Positions 18,886 through 28,485 of a stretch of 64,000 nucleotides of DNA are shown piece by piece; position 1 is the stretch's first letter, and each line of letters opens with the position of its first letter. Under the pieces are notes generated by a model that ran no database searches, was not told the DNA's origin, and saw only the letters and a list, made by a program, of their open reading frames with translations. Origin of the DNA: Candidatus Latescibacterota bacterium. Its GTDB lineage: Bacteria; Latescibacterota; UBA2968; GCA-2709665. The stretch spans positions 160,001-224,000 of the forward strand of contig CAXXXF010000004.1 of the NCBI GenBank assembly GCA_963667175.2, in the 5' to 3' direction. The position numbers and the translations under genes were made by a program.

Positions 18886-20847
18886 TTGGAAGCCAAACTG
18901 ATCTGGTTGCTGATCTTCGTGGGTCTGTACTGGGCCTATTGTCTTTTCTGGGGGTTTCGGGGCGCCCTTCGGTCGCGAACGTCCGCGGACTATTTCGTGG
19001 CCGGTCGGAGTATCGGCATCTGGGTTTTCGTGCTCGCGGCCACGGCCACCAGTTTTTCGGGCTGGACCTTTGTGGGTCACCCCGGCCTGATTCTGGAAGC
19101 GGGCCTTCCCTATGCGTTCGCGTCCTTCTATGCGCTGACGATTCCGTTCACGGGCGTGCTGTTCCTCAGGCGGCAATGGCTCATCGGCCGGGCTTTTCAG
19201 CATATCACGCCCGGCGAGATGTATTCCCACTACTATGGCGGCGATACGATCCGGCTGCTGACCGTGCTCGTGGCATTTCTATTCAGCGTGCCGTACCTGG
19301 GCGTCCAGCTTCGGGCGTCGGGGTTCCTGTTCAACGTGCTCTCCGACAACTTGCTGAGCGTGGAAGTGGGGATGTTCGCCCTTTCCGCCATCGTGATGAT
19401 CTACGTCGCTGCCGGAGGCCTGCGTTCGGTGGCGTACGTGGATTGCGCACAGTGCATTCTCCTTGCGCTGGGCATCGTCGCGCTGGGTATCGTCGCGATT
19501 CAGTTTTCCGGCGGATGGACGGCGTTTACGGAGGGCGTGGGAAACCTCGTTCGCCAGGACCTGGCTTCGGGAAAGGGGTTGACGCCCGACGGCCATTCCC
19601 ACTACGTGGCGTTACCCGGCTCAATACAGATGGTATCCGAGGGCTCAACGGCCGTCGGCGGCGTCTGGACGGGCATGATGTGTATGACCTATATGTTTGC
19701 GTTGATGGGCATTCAGTCGTCGCCCGCGTTTTCGATGTGGGCGTTTTCGAACCGTACCAGTGAACCCTTCCGCTGGCAGCAGGTCGTGGCCTCATCGGTG
19801 ATCATCGGGATCATCCTCTTCACGTTTACGATTTTCCAGGGACTGGGTGGTAACGTGCTGCTGGCCAACGGGGTCTTCGACGAGGTCAGCCGGCCGGAAC
19901 TGGTGCCCCAGTTGATAAACCTTCTGGCGGACAACCACCCGTGGCTGGTGGGTTTGCTGGCTGTATGCGCGCTGGGCGCCATGCAGAGCACCGGGGCGGC
20001 CTATATGTCCACGTTCAGCGGGATGGTGACCCGGGACCTTTACAGGCGTTACGTATCGCCCGACGCATCCGACAAAACGCAGAAGCTCTACGGCCGCATT
20101 TTTGTCATCGTCGTGACGCTCGCGGCGCTGATCGTGGCGGCCAGGTCGACGCAGGCCATCGTGATGCTCGGCGGGCTCGCCGTGGCCTACGGTTTTCAGA
20201 TGTATCCGGCGCTCATGGGACTTTGCTATTTCCGCTTCTTCACGCGCAAAGGCGTCGTCTGGGGGCTGGTCGCAGGACTGGCTGCCGTCACGCTGACCGA
20301 CCGCACGGTCAGTGAGGTGCTGCCCGCAATGATGGGATTCCTGAAGCTGTTCCTGCCGGACCGCATCGCCGTTACGGTCAGCGACACCCCCTGGGGCGCG
20401 TACCCGTTAACGATTCACAGTGCGGGCTGGGGGATCTTCTTCAACCTGCTGGTCGCGGGCCTGATTTCCTACCTTCGACCGGAAACCGGGGCGGCCCGTG
20501 ACAAGAAAGAGAACCACCACCGCTTCGTGCAGGCCGTTTCGGGAATCTCGCAGGAACGGCGCAGGCGCGTGCCGTTGGCCTGGCTGCTCACGGCAGCCTG
20601 GTTCCTCGTCGGTTTCGGGCCCTTTGCCGTGGTCGGCAATACGCTGTTCGGCGACCCCAACCTTCCCGCGACGTGGGGACCCTTCGGACTGCCATCCCTT
20701 TGGGTGTGGCAGCTGTTGATGCTGGCGTTCGGGATCTTCGTCATGTGGTACCTGGCGTTTTACGTGGGGCTTTCCAGGCCCGTTCCGCTCGAGAACGTCG
20801 AGGAGGCGCGGAAGGCGTACCTTACGGAGACGGATGACGGGGACTGA
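18886..20847 (+). CDS. Sodium:solute symporter (SSS family)
   Basis: DYFVAGRSIG, ATSFSGWTFVGHPG, GGLRSVAYVD, AMQST; many TM helices. Confidence 0.93.
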   Translation: MEAKLIWLLIFVGLYWAYCLFWGFRGALRSRTSADYFVAGRSIGIWVFVLAATATSFSGWTFVGHPGLILEAGLPYAFASFYALTIPFTGVLFLRRQWLIGRAFQHITPGEMYSHYYGGDTIRLLTVLVAFLFSVPYLGVQLRASGFLFNVLSDNLLSVEVGMFALSAIVMIYVAAGGLRSVAYVDCAQCILLALGIVALGIVAIQFSGGWTAFTEGVGNLVRQDLASGKGLTPDGHSHYVALPGSIQMVSEGSTAVGGVWTGMMCMTYMFALMGIQSSPAFSMWAFSNRTSEPFRWQQVVASSVIIGIILFTFTIFQGLGGNVLLANGVFDEVSRPELVPQLINLLADNHPWLVGLLAVCALGAMQSTGAAYMSTFSGMVTRDLYRRYVSPDASDKTQKLYGRIFVIVVTLAALIVAARSTQAIVMLGGLAVAYGFQMYPALMGLCYFRFFTRKGVVWGLVAGLAAVTLTDRTVSEVLPAMMGFLKLFLPDRIAVTVSDTPWGAYPLTIHSAGWGIFFNLLVAGLISYLRPETGAARDKKENHHRFVQAVSGISQERRRRVPLAWLLTAAWFLVGFGPFAVVGNTLFGDPNLPATWGPFGLPSLWVWQLLMLAFGIFVMWYLAFYVGLSRPVPLENVEEARKAYLTETDDGD

Positions 20848-20879
20848 TCCGCGCCGCAGCCTTTCAGTTGCCGCCGGCA

Positions 20880-23207
20880 TCACCGCGTCAACACCGGGCC
20901 TCGCTCGTCCTCCCAATCCATACGCACGCGGTCCCGCCCGCCGTCGGCATGGTCGATGCTGACGGTCCATACGTTCGCGCGCCGAGTGGTTTTTGCGGTG
21001 ACGCCGGCGGTGACGCGGTCCGCGCCGAACGGGTAGATCACGTATCCCGTCCGGAACGGCAGCCGGCTCCGTCTCTTGTAGACGGCCACGGGCGCCGGGA
21101 CGTCCTGTCCGTCGATGGCGAGCCAGCCCTGAACCGGGTCGTTGCGGCCGCAAATCAGCCGCGGCGTCATCCTGGATAGAGGTAGGAGTTCCAGGTTGGG
21201 CGCGTCCATGCGCCCGGTCCGGACGGCGCCGGTGTCCGGGTCGATGAGCAGGCGGAAGGGCATGAAGTGGAAGAACGCCTCGTACCTGTGGCTGCCTTCG
21301 CCGGTCAGTTCGTCGAAGACGATGAAATAATCCGGTTTGACGAAAAGCACGGCGCGGCGGTGCCGGACCGGCGAATCCAGGTCCGCGTAGGGCGCGTCGT
21401 AGCTTGCCATGGCGACGTCGCTTCGGTCATCCGAACGCCAGACGGTTGAACCGCGGGCCGATTCGGTCCATTGCTCGACGGTCTGATTGCGGCCCCTAGC
21501 CTGCGCGCGGCCGTCCACCAGGACGGTGTTGTGCGCCTGTGTGGTGGTGTAAAAACGGGTCCACGGGTTGGTGTAGTACGACGTGATGCCGGGGTCCACG
21601 ATATATGGCGTGCCGTGGGCATAGACTTCGAAGCTGAGTTTGTCCTCGTGCTGGTGCCAGCGGCCGTAGGGCCCTCCATCGAAGAAAAGATACCGGGCGT
21701 TCTCATCCCAACCGCTGCGCATGACGAAATATCCCGAGTCCCGCAGGGCGATCGAGTTGTCGTCGGGCGGGGCGCCCTCGCGGCCTTCGGCGCCCACCCA
21801 CACGGCGGCCGGATTGTCCAGGACGCGTCCCGGATGCGCGAGAGAATCACCGTACTTCGAATCCATGCTGCCGGCGTCGGAAACGGAGGGACGGGTGAAG
21901 TCCGGCCGGGTGATGGCCACGCACCAGTCGAACATGGATCGAATGCCGGCCTCCAGTTCGGGGTCGAGCGGATGGTTGAATTTTCGCGCCACCTGATACG
22001 ATTCCAGGAACCATGTGGCAATGCTCATCTGGTAACCCGGCGTGAGTTCGTAGGAGGCCCCGTCGGCCATCACCTGCACGCGCATGTCGTCCAGCAGCCG
22101 GCGATATCCCGCTTCCCGCCAGTCCGCGGCGTCTCTGAACTCCGGGAACGCGCAGCCCAGCGCCCCGATGGTCCGCGCCTCGGCAATGGTCTTGTTCGAG
22201 GGCGGGAAGGACTGGAATTTCAGCAGATAGACCTGGTGTTCGTAAATCGACTTGAGCAGACCGAGGATCGTGGCGTCGCCTGTTTCCGGGCACGCGCAGA
22301 GGACCCGGAAGACGTCCACGAGCGTACTGAAGGGACGAATGGCCACCACCAGCGAATGGCCCCACGGGTACCCGCCGGCGCGGACGCCATAGGGTACCGG
22401 GCACCGCCGCAGCCAGTCCTTGATGTACCTCTCGATGCCCGTTGCGTATTTCGCCTGTCCGGTTTCCCAGTACGCGTCAATTGCCGGCCTGAGGAACAGA
22501 AGATAGTGGATGGCCAGGGTCCATTCGATGTAGCCGGTGGGATTGGCCTCCCAGTCGATCTCCGCCGACCAGTCCTGTCCCAGGACCCGGCCTTCCAGCA
22601 CCCGGTCGGCCTGATCGGGATCGGTATTCGGCGCCCGTTCGCTCGGAACCAGCTCCCGGTCGAAGCCGCTGGATCGGAAATACCTCGCAACTTCGGGCAA
22701 AGCGGCTGCGTCCGGCGCGCCCTTCAGGAATTCCAGGCCGCGGTGGTCCGGATTCAGCGCCGCGATCAACTGTTCGTCCGTCATCCTCGGGCCGGGCCTG
22801 ACCTTCCGTTCCACCAGGCGAACGTTTCGAAACCGGCTGCCCCGTGGTCCATCCACGGTTACCGAGCGCATCTGCCCCCATCCGGACGGAATTCCCTGTG
22901 TATAGAAACACTCCGCGGGAAACCGGAGTTCCCGCCAGCCCTCCCAGACGTTGCCGCCGCGCGGTGAGACGATGGCGAGGAACTGATAGCCGTCGTCCTC
23001 GCTCATGCCCTCCGTGCGATGACCCGACGTCAGCCCGCACCGGATCTGCCCGTTCGCGCCGGACGGGAGATACACGTCGGCGCGGATTTCATTCACGCCG
23101 CGCAGGTCCTCCGCATCCACCGGCTGGTCGACATGCCCTTCGTGCTCGGACTCGACAAGCACCTGTTCCCCGATACCCGTGTCGTCATGGAATTGAGTAA
23201 GGTCCAT
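20880..23207 (-). CDS. Heparinase II/III-family polysaccharide lyase
   Basis: DGASYELTPGYQ, SGYFVMRSGW, HQHEDKLSF, VDPG, AHNTVLVDG. Likely start MDLTQF at 23207. Confidence 0.88.
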   Translation of the reverse strand: MDLTQFHDDTGIGEQVLVESEHEGHVDQPVDAEDLRGVNEIRADVYLPSGANGQIRCGLTSGHRTEGMSEDDGYQFLAIVSPRGGNVWEGWRELRFPAECFYTQGIPSGWGQMRSVTVDGPRGSRFRNVRLVERKVRPGPRMTDEQLIAALNPDHRGLEFLKGAPDAAALPEVARYFRSSGFDRELVPSERAPNTDPDQADRVLEGRVLGQDWSAEIDWEANPTGYIEWTLAIHYLLFLRPAIDAYWETGQAKYATGIERYIKDWLRRCPVPYGVRAGGYPWGHSLVVAIRPFSTLVDVFRVLCACPETGDATILGLLKSIYEHQVYLLKFQSFPPSNKTIAEARTIGALGCAFPEFRDAADWREAGYRRLLDDMRVQVMADGASYELTPGYQMSIATWFLESYQVARKFNHPLDPELEAGIRSMFDWCVAITRPDFTRPSVSDAGSMDSKYGDSLAHPGRVLDNPAAVWVGAEGREGAPPDDNSIALRDSGYFVMRSGWDENARYLFFDGGPYGRWHQHEDKLSFEVYAHGTPYIVDPGITSYYTNPWTRFYTTTQAHNTVLVDGRAQARGRNQTVEQWTESARGSTVWRSDDRSDVAMASYDAPYADLDSPVRHRRAVLFVKPDYFIVFDELTGEGSHRYEAFFHFMPFRLLIDPDTGAVRTGRMDAPNLELLPLSRMTPRLICGRNDPVQGWLAIDGQDVPAPVAVYKRRSRLPFRTGYVIYPFGADRVTAGVTAKTTRRANVWTVSIDHADGGRDRVRMDWEDERGPVLTR

Positions 23208-23291
23208 AGATGGCAGCCCTTTTCGTTTTCGGAATTGAGTTCTGTGCGCCCGCACACTGGCTGGTGGAGCCGTTGAGAAAGCGTATGTGAA

Positions 23292-23316
23292 GGTGGGGCG
23301 GACATTCCTGTCTGCC
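23292..23316. repeat. REP-like palindrome
   Basis: GGTGG-GGCGGACA-TTCC-TGTCTGCC. Confidence 0.6.
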
Positions 23317-23516
23317 GTCGTTCTCATTGTCCTTCTTCCCGAATTCCGACGGGCGAAGTGCTGCGTCTCCTTCCATCGCCTCGCGTTAAATTTACCCCGA
23401 TCCCAAACCAGTGAAAAGGTCAATTTCGTACGAACTATAGCAGGTAATCTGCTGTTTCACGAAACGGACCCCGCGACAGTCGCAAATTGCCGCTATGCTC
23501 CGGCGATACCCCGACC

Positions 23517-23545
23517 GTAGGGGCAGGTTTCAAACCTGCCCCTAC
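23517..23545. repeat. Perfect GTAG-type REP palindrome
   Basis: GTAGGGGCAGGTTT-C-AAACCTGCCCCTAC (14-bp arms). Confidence 0.8.
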
Positions 23546-23815
23546 CTCGCCGTGTCCTCTCGTGCCGCCCGGTCGACAAACCCGGCTTGAACGCAGGGGT
23601 TGACATCAGCACCAGCGAGGGTACATTCTGATTGTACCTGGATTGTCATCGCGCGTCAGGTTTAACACGATGTTCGACTCTGTCTAACGAGATTTGCCTT
23701 CAACGCTTTGATCCGGAAGAGTGAGCATTTGCCCTGCGCTTTGCTTTTTCCCGCGCCTGGTTTTGATCCTGGTTTCTAATCCTGCATTAGGTCTTGGTTC
23801 TGCTCTTGATTTATA

Positions 23816-23853
23816 ATCCTGCTTCATCCTGTTCATCCTGCAAATCCTGATCC
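23816..23853. repeat. ATCCTG short-unit repeat upstream of hemB
   Basis: ATCCTGCTTC ATCCTGTTC ATCCTGCAA ATCCTG. Confidence 0.6.
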
Positions 23854-23875
23854 GTAGTTGAATTAAAGAGGCTCT

Positions 23876-24868
23876 ATGGATCTCACCTTTCGGCCCCGGC
23901 GGTTGAGGCGTACGGAACCCATTCGGACGCTCGTTCGGGAAACCGTATTGAACGTCGGGGACCTGATCTATCCCATGTTCGTAACGGAAGGCGCCAATGT
24001 GCGCGAACCCATTGACTCGATGCCCGGTCAGTTCCGGTTTTCGGTCGACGAACTCGTCCGGGAGTGCGAGAAGGTGTCCGGTCTAGGGATCTGCGGCGTG
24101 AACCTGTTCGGTTATTCGGAGGAGAAGGACGAGCGCGCCTCAATGGCGTACGATCCGGACGGCCTGATCCAGCGCGCGGTCCGGGCGCTGAAGGCGGCGC
24201 TTCCCGACCTGTGCGTGCAGACCGACGTGGCGCTGGATCCCTATACCACGCACGGACATGACGGCGTGCTGATCGACGGCGAGATCGCCAACGACGAGAG
24301 CGTCGGGGTGTTGTGCCAAATGGCGCTGTCTCACGCCGAGGCTGGCGTGGACTGGGTCACGCCGTCGGATATGATGGACGGCCGTGTCGGCGCCATCCGG
24401 GTGGCGCTGGACGACCACGGATTCACCAACGTCGGCATCATGGCCTATTCCGCCAAGTATGCATCCTGCTTCTACGGCCCGTTCCGTGGCGCGCTCAAGT
24501 CCGCGCCGGTGAAGGCGCGCGGTGTGCCGATGGACAAGAAAACCTACCAGATGGACCCCGCCAATATTCGGGAAGCGATGAAGGAGATCGCGCTGGATAT
24601 CGAGGAAGGGGCTGACGTGGTGATGGTGAAACCCGCCCTCCCTTACCTCGACGTCATCGCAAGGGCGAAGGACACCTTCGACGCGCCGATTGCGGCGTAC
24701 AACGTGTCCGGCGAATACGGGATGGTCCTGGCGGCCGCGGAGCGCGGATGGGTGGATAAGGAGCGGGCGATGGTGGAGACCCTGACGTCCATCAAACGGG
24801 CGGGCGCGGAACTGATCCTGACCTACTTTGCCGTCGATATGGCGCAGTTGTTGAGGGAAGAAACGTAG
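23876..24868 (+). CDS. hemB: Porphobilinogen synthase (ALA dehydratase), Asp-rich non-zinc type
   Basis: RPRRLR, DVALDPYTTHGHDG, PSDMMDGR, FYGPFR, YQMDP, MVKP, AYNVSGEY. Confidence 0.97.
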   Translation: MDLTFRPRRLRRTEPIRTLVRETVLNVGDLIYPMFVTEGANVREPIDSMPGQFRFSVDELVRECEKVSGLGICGVNLFGYSEEKDERASMAYDPDGLIQRAVRALKAALPDLCVQTDVALDPYTTHGHDGVLIDGEIANDESVGVLCQMALSHAEAGVDWVTPSDMMDGRVGAIRVALDDHGFTNVGIMAYSAKYASCFYGPFRGALKSAPVKARGVPMDKKTYQMDPANIREAMKEIALDIEEGADVVMVKPALPYLDVIARAKDTFDAPIAAYNVSGEYGMVLAAAERGWVDKERAMVETLTSIKRAGAELILTYFAVDMAQLLREET

Positions 24869-24989
24869 CGGCATTATCGGATGCAGCGCGTCCGATAACA
24901 GTCCGAAGAAGTAGAATTCGCTTGACAGGGCATCCGAAATTCGATATCGTTGACCGGTCATTCACTGTTCGGTTTGAAAGGAAAAGGCG

Positions 24990-25067
24990 ATGGCGGCGCG
25001 CGGTATCCATAGCGGATGCTGGTGGCGGCACGACTTCAATCGTGCCGGCCGGCTGACTGCGTGCTGA
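24990..25067 (+). CDS. Trp leader peptide MAARGIHSGCWWRHDFNRAGRLTAC (not in the ORF track)
   Basis: AAAGGAAAAGG before ATG 24990. Tandem TGG TGG at 25020-25025 (WWR). Lies directly upstream of a terminator and trpS. Confidence 0.85.
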   Translation: MAARGIHSGCWWRHDFNRAGRLTAC

Positions 25068-25096
25068 ACTTGAGATTCGAATTGAATCAATCAACG

Positions 25097-25129
25097 TCCC
25101 TGCCGGTCCACGGCGGGGATTTTTGTTTT
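25097..25129 (+). terminator. Attenuator terminator before trpS
   Basis: TCCCTGCCG-GTCCA-CGGCGGGGA followed by TTTTTGTTTT. Confidence 0.85.
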
Positions 25130-25142
25130 GGAGGAAAACGCG

Positions 25143-26219
25143 ATGGACAATCGGAAACGGATTCTGACGGGAGACCGTCCCACGGGGCGGATGCACCTGG
25201 GGCATTACGTGGGCTCATTGAAGAACCGGGTCCGGCTGCAGGACGAATACGAGTGTTTTTTCCTTGTGGCTGACCTGCACATGCTCACGACCCGGCCGCA
25301 GAAGGAACACATCCATGCCCTTCGTGAAAACGTGCGCGAGATGCTGCTGGACTATCTGGCGGTGGGAATCGATCCGTCCAGGTCGACCATTTATCTGCAG
25401 TCGGCCATCCACGCCGTCTACGAGATGGATCTCTTTTTCGAGATGCTGGTGACCCTGCCGAGAGTCGCCCGGCTGCCCAGCATCAAGGATATGGCGCGCG
25501 CTGCCAGGCTGGACGACGAGGCGATTCCGTTCGGGCTTGTCGGATACCCGATCCTTCAGGCCGCGGACATATTGACCCCCAGGGCGCACCTGGTTCCCGT
25601 GGGAAAGGACAACCTGGCGCACGTGGAGGTGACCCGGGAAATCGCCCGGCGGTTCAACAGCTATTACGGAGACGTCTTCCCGATTCCGGACGCGCTGATC
25701 GGCGAGGTCCCCGTTCTCGTGGGTACGGACGGCCAGGCGAAAATGAGCAAGAGCCTGGACAATGCGATCTTTCTCTCCGACGACGCGCAGACCGTAAAGA
25801 AGAAGGTGCGCGGGATGTTTACCGATCCCAACCGCGTGCGTGCGGATATTCCCGGAAGGGTGGAAGGGAATCCGGTCTTCATTTACCACGACGCGTTCAA
25901 CCCGGATCGGGATGAGGTGGAGGACCTGAAGACGAGGTACCGCGCCGGGATGGTTGGCGACGTGGAGGTGAAGGAAAAGCTGACCCGGGCGCTGAACGGT
26001 TTTCTGGACCCGATCCGTGAGCGCCGGGCACGTTACGAAGCGGATTCCGGGTACGTGGAAAAAGTGTTGTACGAGGGCACGCGGCGCGTCCAGGTCGTGG
26101 CCGATGAAACGCTGAAGGCAATGAAAAAGGCGATGGGGCTCACGGGCGTCTGGAACCGGATATCCCGGAAAGCCCGGGATCGGATGCGCAGGGACGAACA
26201 GAGGGACTCGGGATCGTGA
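25143..26219 (+). CDS. trpS: Tryptophanyl-tRNA synthetase
   Basis: [13 protein letters not shown] (HIGH), [22 protein letters not shown], complete anticodon-binding domain. Confidence 0.97.
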   Translation: MDNRKRILTGDRPTGRMHLGHYVGSLKNRVRLQDEYECFFLVADLHMLTTRPQKEHIHALRENVREMLLDYLAVGIDPSRSTIYLQSAIHAVYEMDLFFEMLVTLPRVARLPSIKDMARAARLDDEAIPFGLVGYPILQAADILTPRAHLVPVGKDNLAHVEVTREIARRFNSYYGDVFPIPDALIGEVPVLVGTDGQAKMSKSLDNAIFLSDDAQTVKKKVRGMFTDPNRVRADIPGRVEGNPVFIYHDAFNPDRDEVEDLKTRYRAGMVGDVEVKEKLTRALNGFLDPIRERRARYEADSGYVEKVLYEGTRRVQVVADETLKAMKKAMGLTGVWNRISRKARDRMRRDEQRDSGS

Positions 26220-26227
26220 GAATATCC

Positions 26228-26476
26228 ATGGCACAACGTTCGGGCATTTTGTCCGGGAACGCGTCGATTCCCCTTCACCGCTGGTGGCTCGGGGCAACAG
26301 GAGCCGTGCGTCCGCCTCCGGATGATCTGTGCCTGAAGGACTGGCGATGGCCGCGGTTCACCTGGAGGTGGATCGCGGCTTTTTTTGTACAGCAATCTGA
26401 ATCTCCAAACGCGGCGCCCGGGCGCCGGCCCGTTTTCCGACAAGATACACTTGAAAATAAGGAGTTCTCAAAATGA
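26228..26476 (+). promoter_or_regulatory. Second Trp-rich leader ORF (82 aa, 6 Trp) spanning an intrinsic terminator
   Basis: HRWWL at 26282-26287, then WRW twice. Its stop overlaps the start of the next gene (ATGA). Confidence 0.65.
26350..26386 (+). terminator. Terminator/attenuator hairpin before the TrpRS paralogue
   Basis: GCCGCGGTTCACC-TGGA-GGTGGATCGCGGC followed by T7. Confidence 0.88.
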
Positions 26477-27282
26477 AACGTCCGATTGTTCTGGCCGGTA
26501 TCCGGCCAACGGAAAAAATGAACCTGGGACACTTGATCGGGTTCCTGAAACAGATGCTTGACCGGAAGGTGGAAGCCAGGCGCTTTTTCATGATCGCCGA
26601 CTACCATGCGTTAGTTCTGGATCGGAAACATCCGCGTGAAATCGAGCGTAGTGTTCGTCATCTTGTCATGGATCTTCTGGCGACGGGTTTCGATCCTGAG
26701 CGAAGTGTCTGTTTTCTGCAGTCGCAGGTTCCGCAACTCGCGGAGTTGGCGATGATTCTTGAACTTTCGATACGGCTGCCGACCCCCGCGAGCTTCCCGG
26801 AGGCGAAACGGAAGCCGACCCTGGGTTTTCCGGTCTTCCAACCGGCGGACGTGCTGCTGTTCCGGCCCGATTTCGTGACTGCGGGACCCGGCCAGCGGAT
26901 GCGCTCGAATCTGTGCCGGGAAACAGCGCGTCGATTCAATCGCAAATTCGGGACGGTCTTTCCGCTGCCCGGGTTCGAGCAAAGCGCACAGGCGAATGGA
27001 ACCCGCGGAATTACCGGAATACGCGTGGGTCACTCAAATGCGGTTGGGATTGCGGATGCCGACGGGAATGTTCGGACGAGGACGAATGGAGAGGCGCGGG
27101 CGACGCGGAAGGACGCCGAACACGAGGCGTTTCGGATCGCGGAGACACAGCTGGAGGACAGACGAAGCCTGGTCGGCGACGTCCTGCGTCTGGGGGGATC
27201 GGAGGCAAGGATCGAGGGCCAGCGGACGCTGGAGGAGGTGAAGAAAGCCGTGGGGCTGCGGTATGGAAGTCTATTGGGATAG
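26473..27282 (+). CDS. Degenerate, shortened TrpRS paralogue (269 aa)
   Basis: AGIRPTEKMNLGH, IADYHAL, GFDPERS, QSQVP, FPVFQPADVLL and RETARRFN..FG.VFPLP are TrpRS-like. KMSKS is absent and most of the anticodon domain is missing. AAGGAG RBS and an open frame. Confidence 0.85.
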   Translation: MKRPIVLAGIRPTEKMNLGHLIGFLKQMLDRKVEARRFFMIADYHALVLDRKHPREIERSVRHLVMDLLATGFDPERSVCFLQSQVPQLAELAMILELSIRLPTPASFPEAKRKPTLGFPVFQPADVLLFRPDFVTAGPGQRMRSNLCRETARRFNRKFGTVFPLPGFEQSAQANGTRGITGIRVGHSNAVGIADADGNVRTRTNGEARATRKDAEHEAFRIAETQLEDRRSLVGDVLRLGGSEARIEGQRTLEEVKKAVGLRYGSLLG

Positions 27283-27292
27283 CGACGGGGTC

Positions 27293-28210
27293 TCACCGAC
27301 CGACTCGCTCGCGGTTGGCGGCCTCGAACAGGCCGGCGGCGAGCGCTTCCAGGCGCCCGCGCCATGCCAGTTTCTCGAGCCATCCGGCGGGAGCGCCCGA
27401 CATGCCCCACAGCGCGCCGGCGAGCTGTCCGGTGACGGCGGCCACCGTGTCGGCGTCATCGGCGAGATTGGCGGCCAGAATAAGAGCCTGCTCAATCGAC
27501 TCCGACCTGTCCACGCACCACAGCGCCGCCTCAAGCGTGTGCACGACGTATCCCGACGAGGAAATGGCCTCGCGCTCCCTGCCGCGCCACGACCCCGCGG
27601 CCACCCCGGCGATCCGGGCGTCGCCGCTCCACTCTCTGGCTCGCAGGACGGTTTTCTTCGACGCGCCGGCGATCGCCTCGCTCAGCAGTTCGGCATAGAA
27701 CGCGCAGGCCTCCACCGCCTGCGCGGCGCCGTGCGTGGCGCGGCTCTGCAAGCGGGCGGCCTCAGTCGCCCCCGCCCCGTCGTGCCACCATCGGATCGCC
27801 ACCGGCGAGAGCCGCATGAGCGAACCGTTTCCGGCGTTGCGCGGATCGGCGCTGCCGCTCAACGGCGCCCCGGTTTCGCTGAATGCCCGGAGCGCCCGCT
27901 CCGTGGTCGTTCCGACGTCGAAACACGTGCCGGTGACCGAGTTGTGTCCTTCCTTATACCACCGGAGGAACCGATTCATCAGGTCGCGCACGTCGAGCCG
28001 GCCTCGCTCAAGCAGCGATTCCGCGAGACAGAGGGCCATGCTCGTGTCGTCAGTCCACTCACCCGGGTCCAGGCCGAACGGGCCCCCGCCCACCAGATCG
28101 GTAACCGGCGGCCTTGTGTCCCTACCGGCAAACTCCAGCGTCGTGCCGAGCGCGTCGCCGAGCGCCAGCACAACCAGCGCCCCTTTCGCGCGATCCAACG
28201 CCGCCGTCAT
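27293..28210 (-). CDS. ADP-ribosylglycohydrolase (DraG/ARH family)
   Basis: GDALG, WTDDTSMAL, AGNGSLMR, ATHG, DADTVAAVTGQLAGA. Confidence 0.93.
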   Translation of the reverse strand: MTAALDRAKGALVVLALGDALGTTLEFAGRDTRPPVTDLVGGGPFGLDPGEWTDDTSMALCLAESLLERGRLDVRDLMNRFLRWYKEGHNSVTGTCFDVGTTTERALRAFSETGAPLSGSADPRNAGNGSLMRLSPVAIRWWHDGAGATEAARLQSRATHGAAQAVEACAFYAELLSEAIAGASKKTVLRAREWSGDARIAGVAAGSWRGREREAISSSGYVVHTLEAALWCVDRSESIEQALILAANLADDADTVAAVTGQLAGALWGMSGAPAGWLEKLAWRGRLEALAAGLFEAANRERVGR

Positions 28211-28485
28211 GTCGCGAACGGACGCCCCACCGTCACACCACTTTCGCGAATTGTTGCCTGATGGCCGGTTTCCAGGCATATTCCCAATAAGGGCAGAAAG
28301 CCCGTAACACCTCGGTCTGGCATTTTTCTTGACACTTCAATAATTAGATCCTAAGGCGGCTTCGCTATGCTCAGCCGCAACCAAAGAGGGTGGTCGTGAA
28401 GAGGCAGGTTGTTTTGTGGTATGCAAAACGGCGTTCGTCCTTTATGATGGTGGTCCCGACCGCCATCAATCCAAGGAGGAACGCC

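Noticed and set aside
23740-23860. CRISPR array
   Set aside because: Units are 6-10 nt without unique spacers. No array or cas gene was seen anywhere in the window.
24900-25140. T-box riboswitch upstream of trpS
   Set aside because: No T-box consensus (AAT..GGTGG.ACC.CG) or stem I. A WW leader peptide explains the region better.
28318-28334. Sigma-54-like promoter TGGCAT-N5-TTGA
   Set aside because: The -12 element deviates from TTGC and no intact downstream gene depends on it.
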